Shown here: positions 1 to 8,445 of the stretch, piece after piece | Numbering within the stretch: the first letter of the stretch is position 1 | Layout of the letters: every line of letters begins with the position of its first letter | Assembly (NCBI GenBank): GCA_041740065.1 | Contig: JBGSMR010000369.1 | Location: 1-35,994, forward strand | Source of the DNA: Chthoniobacterales bacterium | GTDB taxonomy: Bacteria; Verrucomicrobiota; Verrucomicrobiia; Chthoniobacterales; JAATET01 | Direction of reading: 5' to 3' | DNA: 35,994 nucleotides | Program-made: the position numbers and the translations under genes | The notes under the pieces: generated by a model | The model's database searches: none | What the model saw: only the letters and a program-made list of their open reading frames with translations | What the model was told of the DNA's origin: nothing

Positions 1-713
1 TGGCGATGGACTTTGCTGAAGCACAATCGATGGTTGAGGCCGCCCGCACCAATCAATGCGCCCTTACCGAAGCGTTTCGCTATCGATTCCATCCCCAAAC
101 ACACAAACTTTGTGAACTCGTGCAGAGCGATATCATTGGGACGATTCGCCAGATTCACGCGTCATTTTGTTTTTCCGCGCCACCAGACCCCACGTCGCGA
201 CTTTTTGATCCGAACTTGGGAGCAGGTGCAATTCTCGACGTGGGATGTTATTCCATGTCGATGGTGCGACTCCTGGCTGGCGCCATCCGGGGTAAGGAGT
301 TTGAGAATCCTGTGCGTGTCCAAGGCATGACGGAACTTCTTCCCGATTCCAAGCATGTGGATACAAGCGCCGTCGCTAACCTCCAGTTTCCTGACGGTAT
401 CCTCGCTCAAATCCGATGTGGAGTGGGATCGGTGGCGCGGAACTCGTTAGAAATCGAGGGCTCCGAAGGCCGCATTGAGATATCAGCCCCGTGGAGTTGC
501 TCACCCGCTGGGGAACCAGCAGGCATCCGCATCCACAAAAGCGATAGTGTCGAGACGGTCGCGGTCGTCTCGCCATGGTCGGCGATGGCACATGAAGCAA
601 GTGCCTTTGCAGATTTAATTCACTCGGGCGCGCTTGAGTCGCGGTGGATGCGTTGGGACGATTCGCTGGGCAATCTTGCGGCGATGGATATTTGGCGCAC
701 GGCGGCGGACTGA
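1..713 (+). CDS. Gfo/Idh/MocA family oxidoreductase, C-terminal part (5' end outside window)
   Basis: Frame-3 ORF open to the left edge, stop TGA 711-713. The translation (EAFRYRFHPQ, ILDVGCYSMSMVRLL) resembles the C-terminal alpha/beta domain of Gfo/Idh/MocA oxidoreductases. The Rossmann half is not in the window. Confidence 0.7.
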   Translation, partial: AMDFAEAQSMVEAARTNQCALTEAFRYRFHPQTHKLCELVQSDIIGTIRQIHASFCFSAPPDPTSRLFDPNLGAGAILDVGCYSMSMVRLLAGAIRGKEFENPVRVQGMTELLPDSKHVDTSAVANLQFPDGILAQIRCGVGSVARNSLEIEGSEGRIEISAPWSCSPAGEPAGIRIHKSDSVETVAVVSPWSAMAHEASAFADLIHSGALESRWMRWDDSLGNLAAMDIWRTAAD

Positions 714-714
714 T

Positions 715-1941
715 CTACAGCCGCTCGACTTCCCTGCGTTCGACAAAAATCGGCAGACCTTCACGCGAAAAATTGGCCATCAGTTCGTCGGGGTTTAGCG
801 CCTCGGGCATCATTACACCACGCTCTGGAATGAGGCCGGTGACAAGCAATTTGGCTGTGAGAGCGGGCGGGATGCCGGTCTGAACCAACGTGAGAGAGTA
901 TCCGTATTTCTCGTATGTCTCGCGGTGACTATCCATCGAATAGACAAAATATTCGACGCGCTTTCGGTTCTTTGTTCCGCGCACTTCCGTACCTACGCAG
1001 GAAAACCCATCCACAGTGGCACCCAGTTGCGCTGGCTTAGGCAGACTGGCGCTGGCGACGCGCACGGGAGCAACGTCTACGCCATCGACGCGGATTTTTT
1101 TCCAAGAATCAAGGTTCAGGAGTTGCAGGGTTTTGGAGATATTCACGACCTTGTCGGGCACGCTGTATTTGAAAACCGAGTAGCGCACACCCTTCTCCAC
1201 GAATGGCGGGTAGATTCCCAAACTCACCCCTTCTTCGTGAGCGACGGCGTAAGTCTTTTGCAGTCCGATGGGATCAGGAAACCGCACCCATTCCACTTCG
1301 GTCTCAAGCGGTTTGCCGCCGACGACGCGACCATCCCGCACAAAATACGGGGTTGCTCCCAGTTCTTCAAAAAATGTCTCTGGAGAAAAGAGTACCGCAA
1401 ATCGATACCCGCGCACCTCGGCATTATCGGCGTCGAGCACACGAATGCTGCTTGCGGTGTCGAGCCGGTCCATCGCCCAGCGCGCAAAAACATTCACTGC
1501 GCCCGGGTCCATGCCCATGCACAGGATACCGGCAAGACCCCGGTCGAGGTATGCTTGATTGAATTTCTCGATCTCGGCCTCGTAAGAATTTTTGCCCTGC
1601 CGCTTCACGCCGGGTGGCGAATAAATGTCCGCCGCCATGTCGATGTAGTGCGATCCCGCGCGTAAGCACGCTTCCATTACCGAGTGGTTCGTCTGGCAGA
1701 CACACGCGTTGCACGTCACTTCGACATGGTGTTCCTCCATGAGCGCCGTAAGGCGGGCAGTGTCCATGGCATTGCACTGGACGACCTCAAATCGATTGCG
1801 CGGCGTGCGGTCCGCGAGGTGGTTCGCAAATGTTGTTTCCATATCCGCAAGGACAATGCGGTCAAAACAATCATATTCATGCAACCTCTGCCCAATTACA
1901 GAACCGACTCCGCCGATCCCGACTACCATTGCGTTTGCCAT
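715..1941 (-). CDS. saccharopine dehydrogenase family NAD(P)-binding protein
   Basis: N-terminal Rossmann motif VVGIGGVGSVIG and the MGMDPGAVNVF segment are typical of saccharopine/carboxynorspermidine/lysine dehydrogenase-like proteins. The track ORF begins at a TTG (1956). The first ATG (1941) gives MANAMVVGIGG and was chosen. Substrate is not assignable. Confidence 0.8.
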   Translation of the reverse strand: MANAMVVGIGGVGSVIGQRLHEYDCFDRIVLADMETTFANHLADRTPRNRFEVVQCNAMDTARLTALMEEHHVEVTCNACVCQTNHSVMEACLRAGSHYIDMAADIYSPPGVKRQGKNSYEAEIEKFNQAYLDRGLAGILCMGMDPGAVNVFARWAMDRLDTASSIRVLDADNAEVRGYRFAVLFSPETFFEELGATPYFVRDGRVVGGKPLETEVEWVRFPDPIGLQKTYAVAHEEGVSLGIYPPFVEKGVRYSVFKYSVPDKVVNISKTLQLLNLDSWKKIRVDGVDVAPVRVASASLPKPAQLGATVDGFSCVGTEVRGTKNRKRVEYFVYSMDSHRETYEKYGYSLTLVQTGIPPALTAKLLVTGLIPERGVMMPEALNPDELMANFSREGLPIFVERREVERL

Positions 1942-2074
1942 AAAAAAATTACCCAACCGTTCCTGGCGGGCCTCCCGTTTCCCAGCAGTCTAGCCGACCA
2001 CTCCCCGATGGCAAGCTTGGGGAAACGAGGGTCGGATTCTTGTGAAATTTCACCGCGAGCGGATTGCGTCCTTG

Positions 2075-3208
2075 ATGTTGGGGCGGATGTTGTCTCAATT
2101 GGAAGTGATGCCTACGGTATTCCTCAAATTTCTACGCATTCATTGGTTTATGGCCATCTTGACCATTCTGCTTGGCTGCGTGGGCGTGTATGCCGTTTAC
2201 GCAGCGACGTGGATGCGTGACGTCGATTTTTGGAATCGTCAGACAGTTTTTCTTGCGGTCGGGATTCCGATCATGTTTGCGATTGCGCTGGTTGATTACC
2301 GATGGGTTCGCTGGGGAGCGGTGCCGTTGTATGTAATCTCAGTTGTGCTGCTGATACTCGTCGAGGTCATGGGTCGTGAGACATTCGGTGCCAAAAGCTG
2401 GCTTGATCTTGGATTTATCAGCATTCAACCGGCCCAATTGGCGATCATTTCCGGTATCCTCACCGTCGCCGTTTTCATGGAGGCGACCCCACGATTGCAC
2501 GCGGTGCTCCGGCTTGCCGGGGTGGGGATCATTGTTTCCGTGCCGTGTTTCCTGATTTTGACGCAGCCGGATCTGGGATCGACGATTGTTTGGTTTCCGG
2601 TGGTCATGGCGATGTTGTTTGTCGGAGGAATTCCGAAACGCTATCTGGCGGCGATGCTTCTTGTGGTCGTCGCGGCAATCCCGATCGTAGCAAATTTTGC
2701 AATCAAGCCCTACCAAAAGGAGCGTATTACAGCATTTCTGGATCCCAACGCCGATCCGTTAGGTGCTGGTTGGACGATCAATCAGTCGATGATCGCCGTG
2801 GGTTCTGGCGGGGTTGAGGGCAAGGGATTTCGTGCGCAGAATACCCTTACCGAGCTGGGATTTCTCCCGAGTACCATTGCTCATAATGACTTTGTTTTTG
2901 CTGTTTTCGCAGAACATCACGGGTTCATTGGTGGAGTGCTTCTCATTAGTGCGTTTGCCTGTCTGCTATTGATGGGTCTGCATGTGGCTTTGCTGGCCCG
3001 GGACCCCTTGGGGCGTGTCATCGCCGGGGGGATTATAGCCAAGTTTTTCACCTACACGTTTATGAATATTGGCATGACGATTTCCGTTACGCCGGTTACT
3101 GGTCTTCCGCTGCCATTCATCAGCTATGGCGGCACATTTCTTCTGACGACGCTGGCTAGCGTCGGATTGCTTCAGAGCATCTGGGTGCACCGCAAAACGC
3201 TCAGCTAG
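2075..3208 (+). CDS. rodA: SEDS-family peptidoglycan glycosyltransferase (FtsW/RodA/SpoVE), most likely RodA
   Basis: Multi-TM protein with SEDS signatures QPDLGSTIV, NQSMIAVGSGGVEGKGF, LPSTIAHNDFVFAV and TGLPLPFISYGGT. It is not in a dcw (murD-ftsW-murG) context, so RodA is favoured over FtsW. Start is uncertain: GTG 2042, ATG 2075, 2087 or 2108. Confidence 0.85.
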   Translation: MLGRMLSQLEVMPTVFLKFLRIHWFMAILTILLGCVGVYAVYAATWMRDVDFWNRQTVFLAVGIPIMFAIALVDYRWVRWGAVPLYVISVVLLILVEVMGRETFGAKSWLDLGFISIQPAQLAIISGILTVAVFMEATPRLHAVLRLAGVGIIVSVPCFLILTQPDLGSTIVWFPVVMAMLFVGGIPKRYLAAMLLVVVAAIPIVANFAIKPYQKERITAFLDPNADPLGAGWTINQSMIAVGSGGVEGKGFRAQNTLTELGFLPSTIAHNDFVFAVFAEHHGFIGGVLLISAFACLLLMGLHVALLARDPLGRVIAGGIIAKFFTYTFMNIGMTISVTPVTGLPLPFISYGGTFLLTTLASVGLLQSIWVHRKTLS

Positions 3209-3226
3209 TTATTTTATCTATCCCAA

Positions 3227-4150
3227 ATGAATTACCCACGGGTTCACGTCATTTTATGCGTTGCTCTTACTGGGATGGTTCTCCTTGGAGCGCTGATTTC
3301 TGATTGCCGCGCAGCGGATTCGCCGAAATTGCTGCGTGTCGTTTGCTGGAATATCGAGTGGTTTCCCGGCAAGATCCGCAATGCGTCACCAGAGCAGGCG
3401 GCCGCGCATGCTGAGTTAGTAGAAGCGGAAATCAAACGGCTGAATCCAGACATCCTGCTTGCTCAAGAGATTGGCAATTGGCAGGCATTTGCGGATCTGG
3501 TGGCGGTCGTGCCAAGGCTACAACCGGCGGTCGTCTCGGCATTCAAGAGCGAAGAAACGGGAGAGTATTGGAGTCAGCAACTCGCCATCGCATCCCGACT
3601 CCCGGTGTTTGCTGCATGGTCGGAGGAATGGGCTGCCGGAGGAGCCATCACGCCCCGCCGCGGATTCAGCGCCATCGCTGCACTGGTGCCCGATTCGAAT
3701 CAAATCCTGCTTTTTTACTCCGTCCATCTGAAAAGTAACCGCTCCGGATCTGACGCCGAAACACAACTGAATTTCGACATGCGAGACGAAAGCGTCCGTC
3801 AGCTCCTGCGCCACGCGCAGGAAATGGAGACAGTCGTCTTCAAGGGCCGCGTCGCGGGTGTCGTGATCGGTGGAGATTTTAATACGAACCACGATGGACA
3901 GTTTGGAGATAATGTCATCCGACTGATGGAAGAAGGCGGATTCGTCAACTCTTGGGGCGACACGCCCCGGAAGGACCGTGCAACATGGCGCGGCAACGAC
4001 CGGTTTGAGGCAACCACCTTTGACTATCTCTTTACCAAAGGCCTCGGAAATCCGAAAGCCAAGCTTCTGGAGGTTCCCGAGGGTCGGAGCGACCACCGGC
4101 CGTTTGGCATTGAGATTGCTCTGCCGTCTGCGGCAGTTCCGAAAAATTAG
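3227..4150 (+). CDS. secreted endonuclease/exonuclease/phosphatase (EEP) family protein
   Basis: N-terminal signal peptide (VILCVALTGMVLLGALISDCRA). EEP motifs are present: VVCWNIEWF, LLAQEI, GGDFNT and SDHRPF at the C-terminus. ATG lies 18 nt after the rodA stop. Confidence 0.8.
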   Translation: MNYPRVHVILCVALTGMVLLGALISDCRAADSPKLLRVVCWNIEWFPGKIRNASPEQAAAHAELVEAEIKRLNPDILLAQEIGNWQAFADLVAVVPRLQPAVVSAFKSEETGEYWSQQLAIASRLPVFAAWSEEWAAGGAITPRRGFSAIAALVPDSNQILLFYSVHLKSNRSGSDAETQLNFDMRDESVRQLLRHAQEMETVVFKGRVAGVVIGGDFNTNHDGQFGDNVIRLMEEGGFVNSWGDTPRKDRATWRGNDRFEATTFDYLFTKGLGNPKAKLLEVPEGRSDHRPFGIEIALPSAAVPKN

Positions 4151-4167
4151 CAGCACCGATTTCCTCT

Positions 4168-5538
4168 ATGTCACTCCTCATCCGCAACGCTGATATCATC
4201 ACCGCGGATGCCCGTTACACAGCGGACATCTTATGCGAGGGTGAGAAAATCTTGCGAATTGACCAGGGAATTCCTGCACCCGGTGACGGTAGTGAAGTGA
4301 TCGATGCGGCAGGGAAATTTGTATTTCCGGGATTTATCGACCCCCATACGCATGTCTACCTGCCGTTTATGGGCACGCATTCAAAGGACACCTACGACAC
4401 GGCCGGACGTGCGGCATTGGTGGGCGGAACGACAACAATTTTCGACATGTGCTGTCCTTCGCGCAGTGAGGAGCCTTCCGCTGGGTTTGCGACCTGGAAT
4501 ACCCAGAGTGCCGGGCACGCCAGCTGTGACTACTCGTATCATATGGGCGTGACGCGATTCGACGAAACCACGGCAGACCAGCTCCGGGCGATTGTTTTTG
4601 CCGGAGTGAAGTCGTTTAAGGTCTTCCTAGCCTATAAGGGAGCGTTTGGCGTCGATGACACCGAGCTTTACCGCACGCTAAAACTTGCCAAGGAATTGGG
4701 AGTTGTCGTCTGCGCGCACTGCGAGAATGAAACCCTCGTCGTCGAACGGCAGGCGGAATTGGTGTCAGCGGGATTGATCGCACCGGGATACCATCATGAA
4801 AGCCGCCCGCCCCGCGTTGAAGCTGAGGGTGTTCATCACCTCATGACGTTTGCAGAACTTACGGGAGCCGAGACCTACATCGTGCACCTGAGCTGCGAGG
4901 AGGCTCTACGGGAAGCGGTCGAGGCGCGGCTGCGCGGCGTGCGCGTGTCGGTGGAGACATTGATCCAATACCTCGTGCTCGATAAAACGTACGCCGAGCG
5001 TCCCGATTTTGAAGGTGCGAAGTTTGTTATGTCGCCGCCGCTGCGGGATGCAAAAAACCAAGAGGTTCTTTGGAATGGATTGCGGTCGGGACTGATCCAA
5101 ACGGTTGCCACCGACCACGCTCCGTTTGATTTTGATGGGCAGAAGCGGATGGGTGCAGAGGATTTCCGAAAAATCCCCAATGGTATCCCGGCGTTGGAGG
5201 ATCGGATCAACTTGCTTTACACCTATGGCGTCTGCGCCGGGCGCATCGATTTGCATACCTTTGTTGACGTTGCATCCACGCGCGCGGCAAAAACCTTTGG
5301 TTTGTTCCCCCGGAAAGGCACGATTCAACCTGGCTCCGATGCCGATCTAGTTATTTTTGACCCTGCTTATCGCGGTCGCATTAGTGCGACCACCCAGACG
5401 ATGAATGTCGACTACAGCGCCTTCGAAGGATGGAAAATAAATGGGAGAGCTGAGATCGTCACGCTCCGCGGCGAGGTGGCTGTGCGGGATGGGAAATACG
5501 TGGGATCGCCGGGCCGGGGCCAATTTCTCCGGCGGTAA
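4168..5538 (+). CDS. hydA: dihydropyrimidinase / D-hydantoinase (cyclic amidohydrolase)
   Basis: GFIDPHTHVYLPFMGT carries the HxH metal ligands. SFKVFLAYKG carries the carbamylated-Lys region. VCAHCEN and TDHAPF are also present. At 456 aa the length is typical of the family. Confidence 0.88.
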   Translation: MSLLIRNADIITADARYTADILCEGEKILRIDQGIPAPGDGSEVIDAAGKFVFPGFIDPHTHVYLPFMGTHSKDTYDTAGRAALVGGTTTIFDMCCPSRSEEPSAGFATWNTQSAGHASCDYSYHMGVTRFDETTADQLRAIVFAGVKSFKVFLAYKGAFGVDDTELYRTLKLAKELGVVVCAHCENETLVVERQAELVSAGLIAPGYHHESRPPRVEAEGVHHLMTFAELTGAETYIVHLSCEEALREAVEARLRGVRVSVETLIQYLVLDKTYAERPDFEGAKFVMSPPLRDAKNQEVLWNGLRSGLIQTVATDHAPFDFDGQKRMGAEDFRKIPNGIPALEDRINLLYTYGVCAGRIDLHTFVDVASTRAAKTFGLFPRKGTIQPGSDADLVIFDPAYRGRISATTQTMNVDYSAFEGWKINGRAEIVTLRGEVAVRDGKYVGSPGRGQFLRR

Positions 5539-6078
5539 TCAGTCGCTATCGGGTTCCACTCGGAAATCCTGCGCTAGTAACTCCTCCAACTCGGCCATGG
5601 CGATGCGAAGATCGTCTCGCACCTGGATTGCGGCGGGATTTGAATCGAGTGGAGGCGCAAATGCAGCCGCAAATCGCGTTGCAAACGCTTTGTTCTTGCG
5701 GTGATCTCCGGTCGAGTGAAACAGCTCTTCTACGCGTGCGACGCGAGTCCGTGCATCGAAGATTTTTGCCATGGCCGCGGATTCGGTGAGTATCCCCTTT
5801 GCGACTTTTCGTAGTTGTTGGCACTCGAAAGCACGACAGCGCTGGGGACGTTCGGAATAGATCGTGCATTGCCGCCCATCGTGGGCTGAGCACGGTTGCG
5901 GAATGTGCTGGCCATCACTCCGACTCTTGGCTCTAAGGCCCAGCGCAGCAAGCTTGCGTGCGGAATCCTCCGGCTGCAAGCGCATGCTGAAAAACATCAC
6001 ACCATTGCAACACATCCCGCATGCCGCACAAAGTCGACTTGCTACCTCGACAGGATCAGAGGTTGCGGAAGCGGTCAT
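5539..6078 (-). CDS. YkgJ-family (CxxCxxCC) cysteine-cluster protein
   Basis: CAACGMCCNG followed by CSAHDGRQCTIYSERPQRCRAFEC matches the UPF0153/YkgJ Zn/Fe-chelating pattern. The track start is GTG 6096 and the ATG at 6078 was chosen. The stop abuts the hydA stop (5538/5539) tail to tail. Confidence 0.7.
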   Translation of the reverse strand: MTASATSDPVEVASRLCAACGMCCNGVMFFSMRLQPEDSARKLAALGLRAKSRSDGQHIPQPCSAHDGRQCTIYSERPQRCRAFECQQLRKVAKGILTESAAMAKIFDARTRVARVEELFHSTGDHRKNKAFATRFAAAFAPPLDSNPAAIQVRDDLRIAMAELEELLAQDFRVEPDSD

Positions 6079-6190
6079 ATCAGGTAGAGCATTCACACAT
6101 GTCGGCAGTTTTTCACCGGGCTGTAAAGCGGAAGTGCATTACATGCGGTTTTTGATGCGTGATTCTGAAATCCATGGCACCGTCTGTGTC

Positions 6191-6589
6191 ATGGCGCAAA
6201 TTACTGGCTTTCACCACACCGCAATCCGTAGCTCAAATTTTGATTCGAGCGTGAAATTCTACACAGAAGTCCTCGGGCTTGACCCAAAGATCACGTGGGG
6301 CGAAGCGCCTAAGCGTGCTGCGATGATCGACGCGGGGGATGGGAACTACGTTGAAATCTTTGAGCGGGATACCTTCGAAACTGGAGAATCTGCGATTCTG
6401 CATTTTGCGTTTCGCACGGACGACTGTGCTGCGATGCTCGACAAAGCCCGTGATGCTGGATCAGAAGTTACCCTAGAACCCACCGAGGTCACGATTGCGT
6501 CGAACCAAGGCCCTGTCCCGGTTCGCATTGCCTTTTTTAAGGGTCCCGACGGTGAAATTATCGAGCTTTTCGAAAACGCCATCCTTTAG
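6191..6589 (+). CDS. VOC (glyoxalase/bleomycin-resistance/dioxygenase) family protein
   Basis: MAQITGFHHTAIRSSNFDSSVKFYTEVLGL, then AMIDAGDGNYVEIFE, then FFKGPDGEIIELFE is a classic single VOC module of about 130 aa. The longer track ORF (from 5864) overlaps the opposite-strand ykgJ-like gene and is regarded as an artefact. An alternative ATG is at 6143. Confidence 0.8.
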   Translation: MAQITGFHHTAIRSSNFDSSVKFYTEVLGLDPKITWGEAPKRAAMIDAGDGNYVEIFERDTFETGESAILHFAFRTDDCAAMLDKARDAGSEVTLEPTEVTIASNQGPVPVRIAFFKGPDGEIIELFENAIL

Positions 6590-6604
6590 AAACCGACTCG
6601 TCCC

Positions 6605-7780
6605 GTGAAACGAACGAAACGCCGATCTGGCTATCCTCAACGCCCTATTGATCTGAGCGAACGCCTCGGACTGGAGATCTGGACGCTCGTGATCATTGAC
6701 AGCAGCGGCATCCGCAATTCTGCGGTAGCGGACTACCGCAAGGTGGAGCGCAGCGTGGAAAACGCGCGCCGTGCAGTCGATACCTTTCAGTCTGCCGATC
6801 TTTCCGCCTTCCAACGCTGGGAGGCGACCCATTTTGGCTCGCTGCTTACCCGGCTTCGGGAGCTAAGGACCGAGCTGGAGCGGAAGGAGCACATCCTCTA
6901 TCTCGTGGAAGAGGAGGTGTATATGAAGGGATGCTCCAAATCGCGCGCCTACGCTCGGGTCATGGAAGCGATGAACCGCCCTCCCGATGAAAGTGATGAC
7001 GACATAGATCAGGGGGACGGTGATTTTTTTAATGACGCGGGCCATGCCAGAAACGACTCGGACACGGGCGAGAATGGCGGCGAGCGGATGTTTGGGGCGA
7101 CGGATCTTCCTAACGACTTTGATATCCGCGAATTCGATGCCCTGCCCAAGGCCGAAAAAGCGGAGTTTCGGCAGGAATACGAAATGCTTTCCGAAATGTA
7201 TCATATCATGACCGGACGCAGCGCACCGCGCCTGGATACGCTGCTCGACGCCGAGCGCCGGAAGCACGGCCTTCTTAGGGACCGTGCCGAGGATGCCGCC
7301 GACATTCCTGAGCCCGAGAGTCCTGCTCAGAGGTTCAAGGCGCTTTATCGTAAGCTCGTCCGCCAGTTGCATCCGGATGGGAATGAGCATCACGGTCCTG
7401 TGGAACTCGCGCTTTGGCACGATCTGCAGACCGCGTATCAATCGGGTGACCTCGCGCGATTGGAAGCTGTCTCTGCCCGATATGAGTTGTCTGTTGCGGA
7501 CGCTGTGGATTCCATTCCAGTGGGCATGATTCACGATGCGATCCGCGATATCAAAGGGGCATTGCGCGAAGTCAACCGACAGGTGAAATCCCTGCGAACC
7601 CATCCTGCGTGGAAATTTTCCTCAAAAAAGCCCGCTGAACACCAACGCCTGCAAGTTCGGCGACAACGCGAACTCGTGGATGAGTCAAAAGACATTGAGC
7701 GCCGACTGGCATACGTAGCATCGATACTTGATCGGTTAGCAGAGAAACAAGCCCCGCGAGCCAAACGTCGGACCGTATGA
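6605..7780 (+). CDS. J-domain-containing protein (DnaJ-like co-chaperone) with coiled-coil N-terminus and acidic linker
   Basis: RFKALYRKLVRQLHPDGNEH...LWHDLQTAYQSGDLARL reads as J-domain helix II, HPD loop and helix III, with HPD at aa 256-258 (nt 7370-7378). An acidic low-complexity stretch (DESDDDIDQGDGDFFND) lies upstream. GTG start sits 15 nt after the VOC stop, and the first in-frame ATG is only at codon 107, so the start is uncertain. The stop overlaps the next ATG (ATGA, 7777-7780). Confidence 0.6.
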   Translation: MKRTKRRSGYPQRPIDLSERLGLEIWTLVIIDSSGIRNSAVADYRKVERSVENARRAVDTFQSADLSAFQRWEATHFGSLLTRLRELRTELERKEHILYLVEEEVYMKGCSKSRAYARVMEAMNRPPDESDDDIDQGDGDFFNDAGHARNDSDTGENGGERMFGATDLPNDFDIREFDALPKAEKAEFRQEYEMLSEMYHIMTGRSAPRLDTLLDAERRKHGLLRDRAEDAADIPEPESPAQRFKALYRKLVRQLHPDGNEHHGPVELALWHDLQTAYQSGDLARLEAVSARYELSVADAVDSIPVGMIHDAIRDIKGALREVNRQVKSLRTHPAWKFSSKKPAEHQRLQVRRQRELVDESKDIERRLAYVASILDRLAEKQAPRAKRRTV

Positions 7781-8445
7781 ATCCAAATCTCCTGGCAGCT
7801 AAGAAAAAGATCCTGATCACCGATTTTGATGGCACGCTGACGAGGTGGGACTTTTACGATCTGGTGCGAAAGAAGTGGCCGCTCACACAATCCGACGACC
7901 CATGGGATGCCTACCTCTCGGGGAGGATCTCGCACTTTGAAGCGCTCGCGGAGATATTTTCCCGGATTCGCGCCACTGACGCGGATCTGACAGAAATCGT
8001 AACGGCCATGGAATTGGTTCCACGGCTTGCAGACTCGATTTTAGCACTCCAAAAACACGGATGGGAAGTGCGTGTGGCATCCGCCGGCTGCGAGTGGTAT
8101 ATTATGCGTCTTCTGCATCTCGCAAACGTTTCTATCACGGTGCATTCGAACCCCGGGGTATTTCATCCTGAAACAGGCCTGACCTTATACGCGCCTCTGG
8201 AATCGCCGTTTTTCTCACCAACCACCGGCATCGATAAACTGGCCATCGTATCGGACGCGTTGGCCACTGCCGACCGTGTCGCTTTTGCGGGTGATGGTCG
8301 ACCGGATCTCGATCCTATTCTGCTCGTCGCTCCTCAATTTCGATTTGCGCGTGGATGGCTGGCCGATGAACTCAGCAGGCGAGGAGAGCCATTTCATCGA
8401 TTCGACGTATGGTCGGAAATCCCGGAGATCTTGCTGAAATGTTGA
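7777..8445 (+). CDS. HAD-IB family phosphatase (MtnX/phosphoserine-phosphatase-like)
   Basis: HAD motif I ILITDFDGTLT, motif IV AFAGDGRPDLD, and a cap-domain-sized insert. ATGA overlap with the upstream gene. Confidence 0.75.
   Translation: MNPNLLAAKKKILITDFDGTLTRWDFYDLVRKKWPLTQSDDPWDAYLSGRISHFEALAEIFSRIRATDADLTEIVTAMELVPRLADSILALQKHGWEVRVASAGCEWYIMRLLHLANVSITVHSNPGVFHPETGLTLYAPLESPFFSPTTGIDKLAIVSDALATADRVAFAGDGRPDLDPILLVAPQFRFARGWLADELSRRGEPFHRFDVWSEIPEILLKC

Noticed and set aside
925-1665. 246-aa ORF antisense to the saccharopine-dehydrogenase-family gene. Similar long antisense ORFs are at 3518-4156, 6863-7603, 26523-27146, 29280-29879 and 34600-35250.
   Set aside because: All are fully embedded opposite genes with strong family motifs. 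They have Arg/Ser/Pro-rich featureless translations and no start-site context. I regard them as GC-driven shadow ORFs, not overlapping genes.
5864-6190. 5' extension of the VOC ORF (the track gives 241 aa from 5864)
   Set aside because: The extension overlaps the opposite-strand ykgJ-like gene, is Cys/Arg/Ser-rich nonsense, and VOC modules are about 130 aa. The ATG at 6191 directly precedes the conserved beta-1 strand (ITGFHHTAI).
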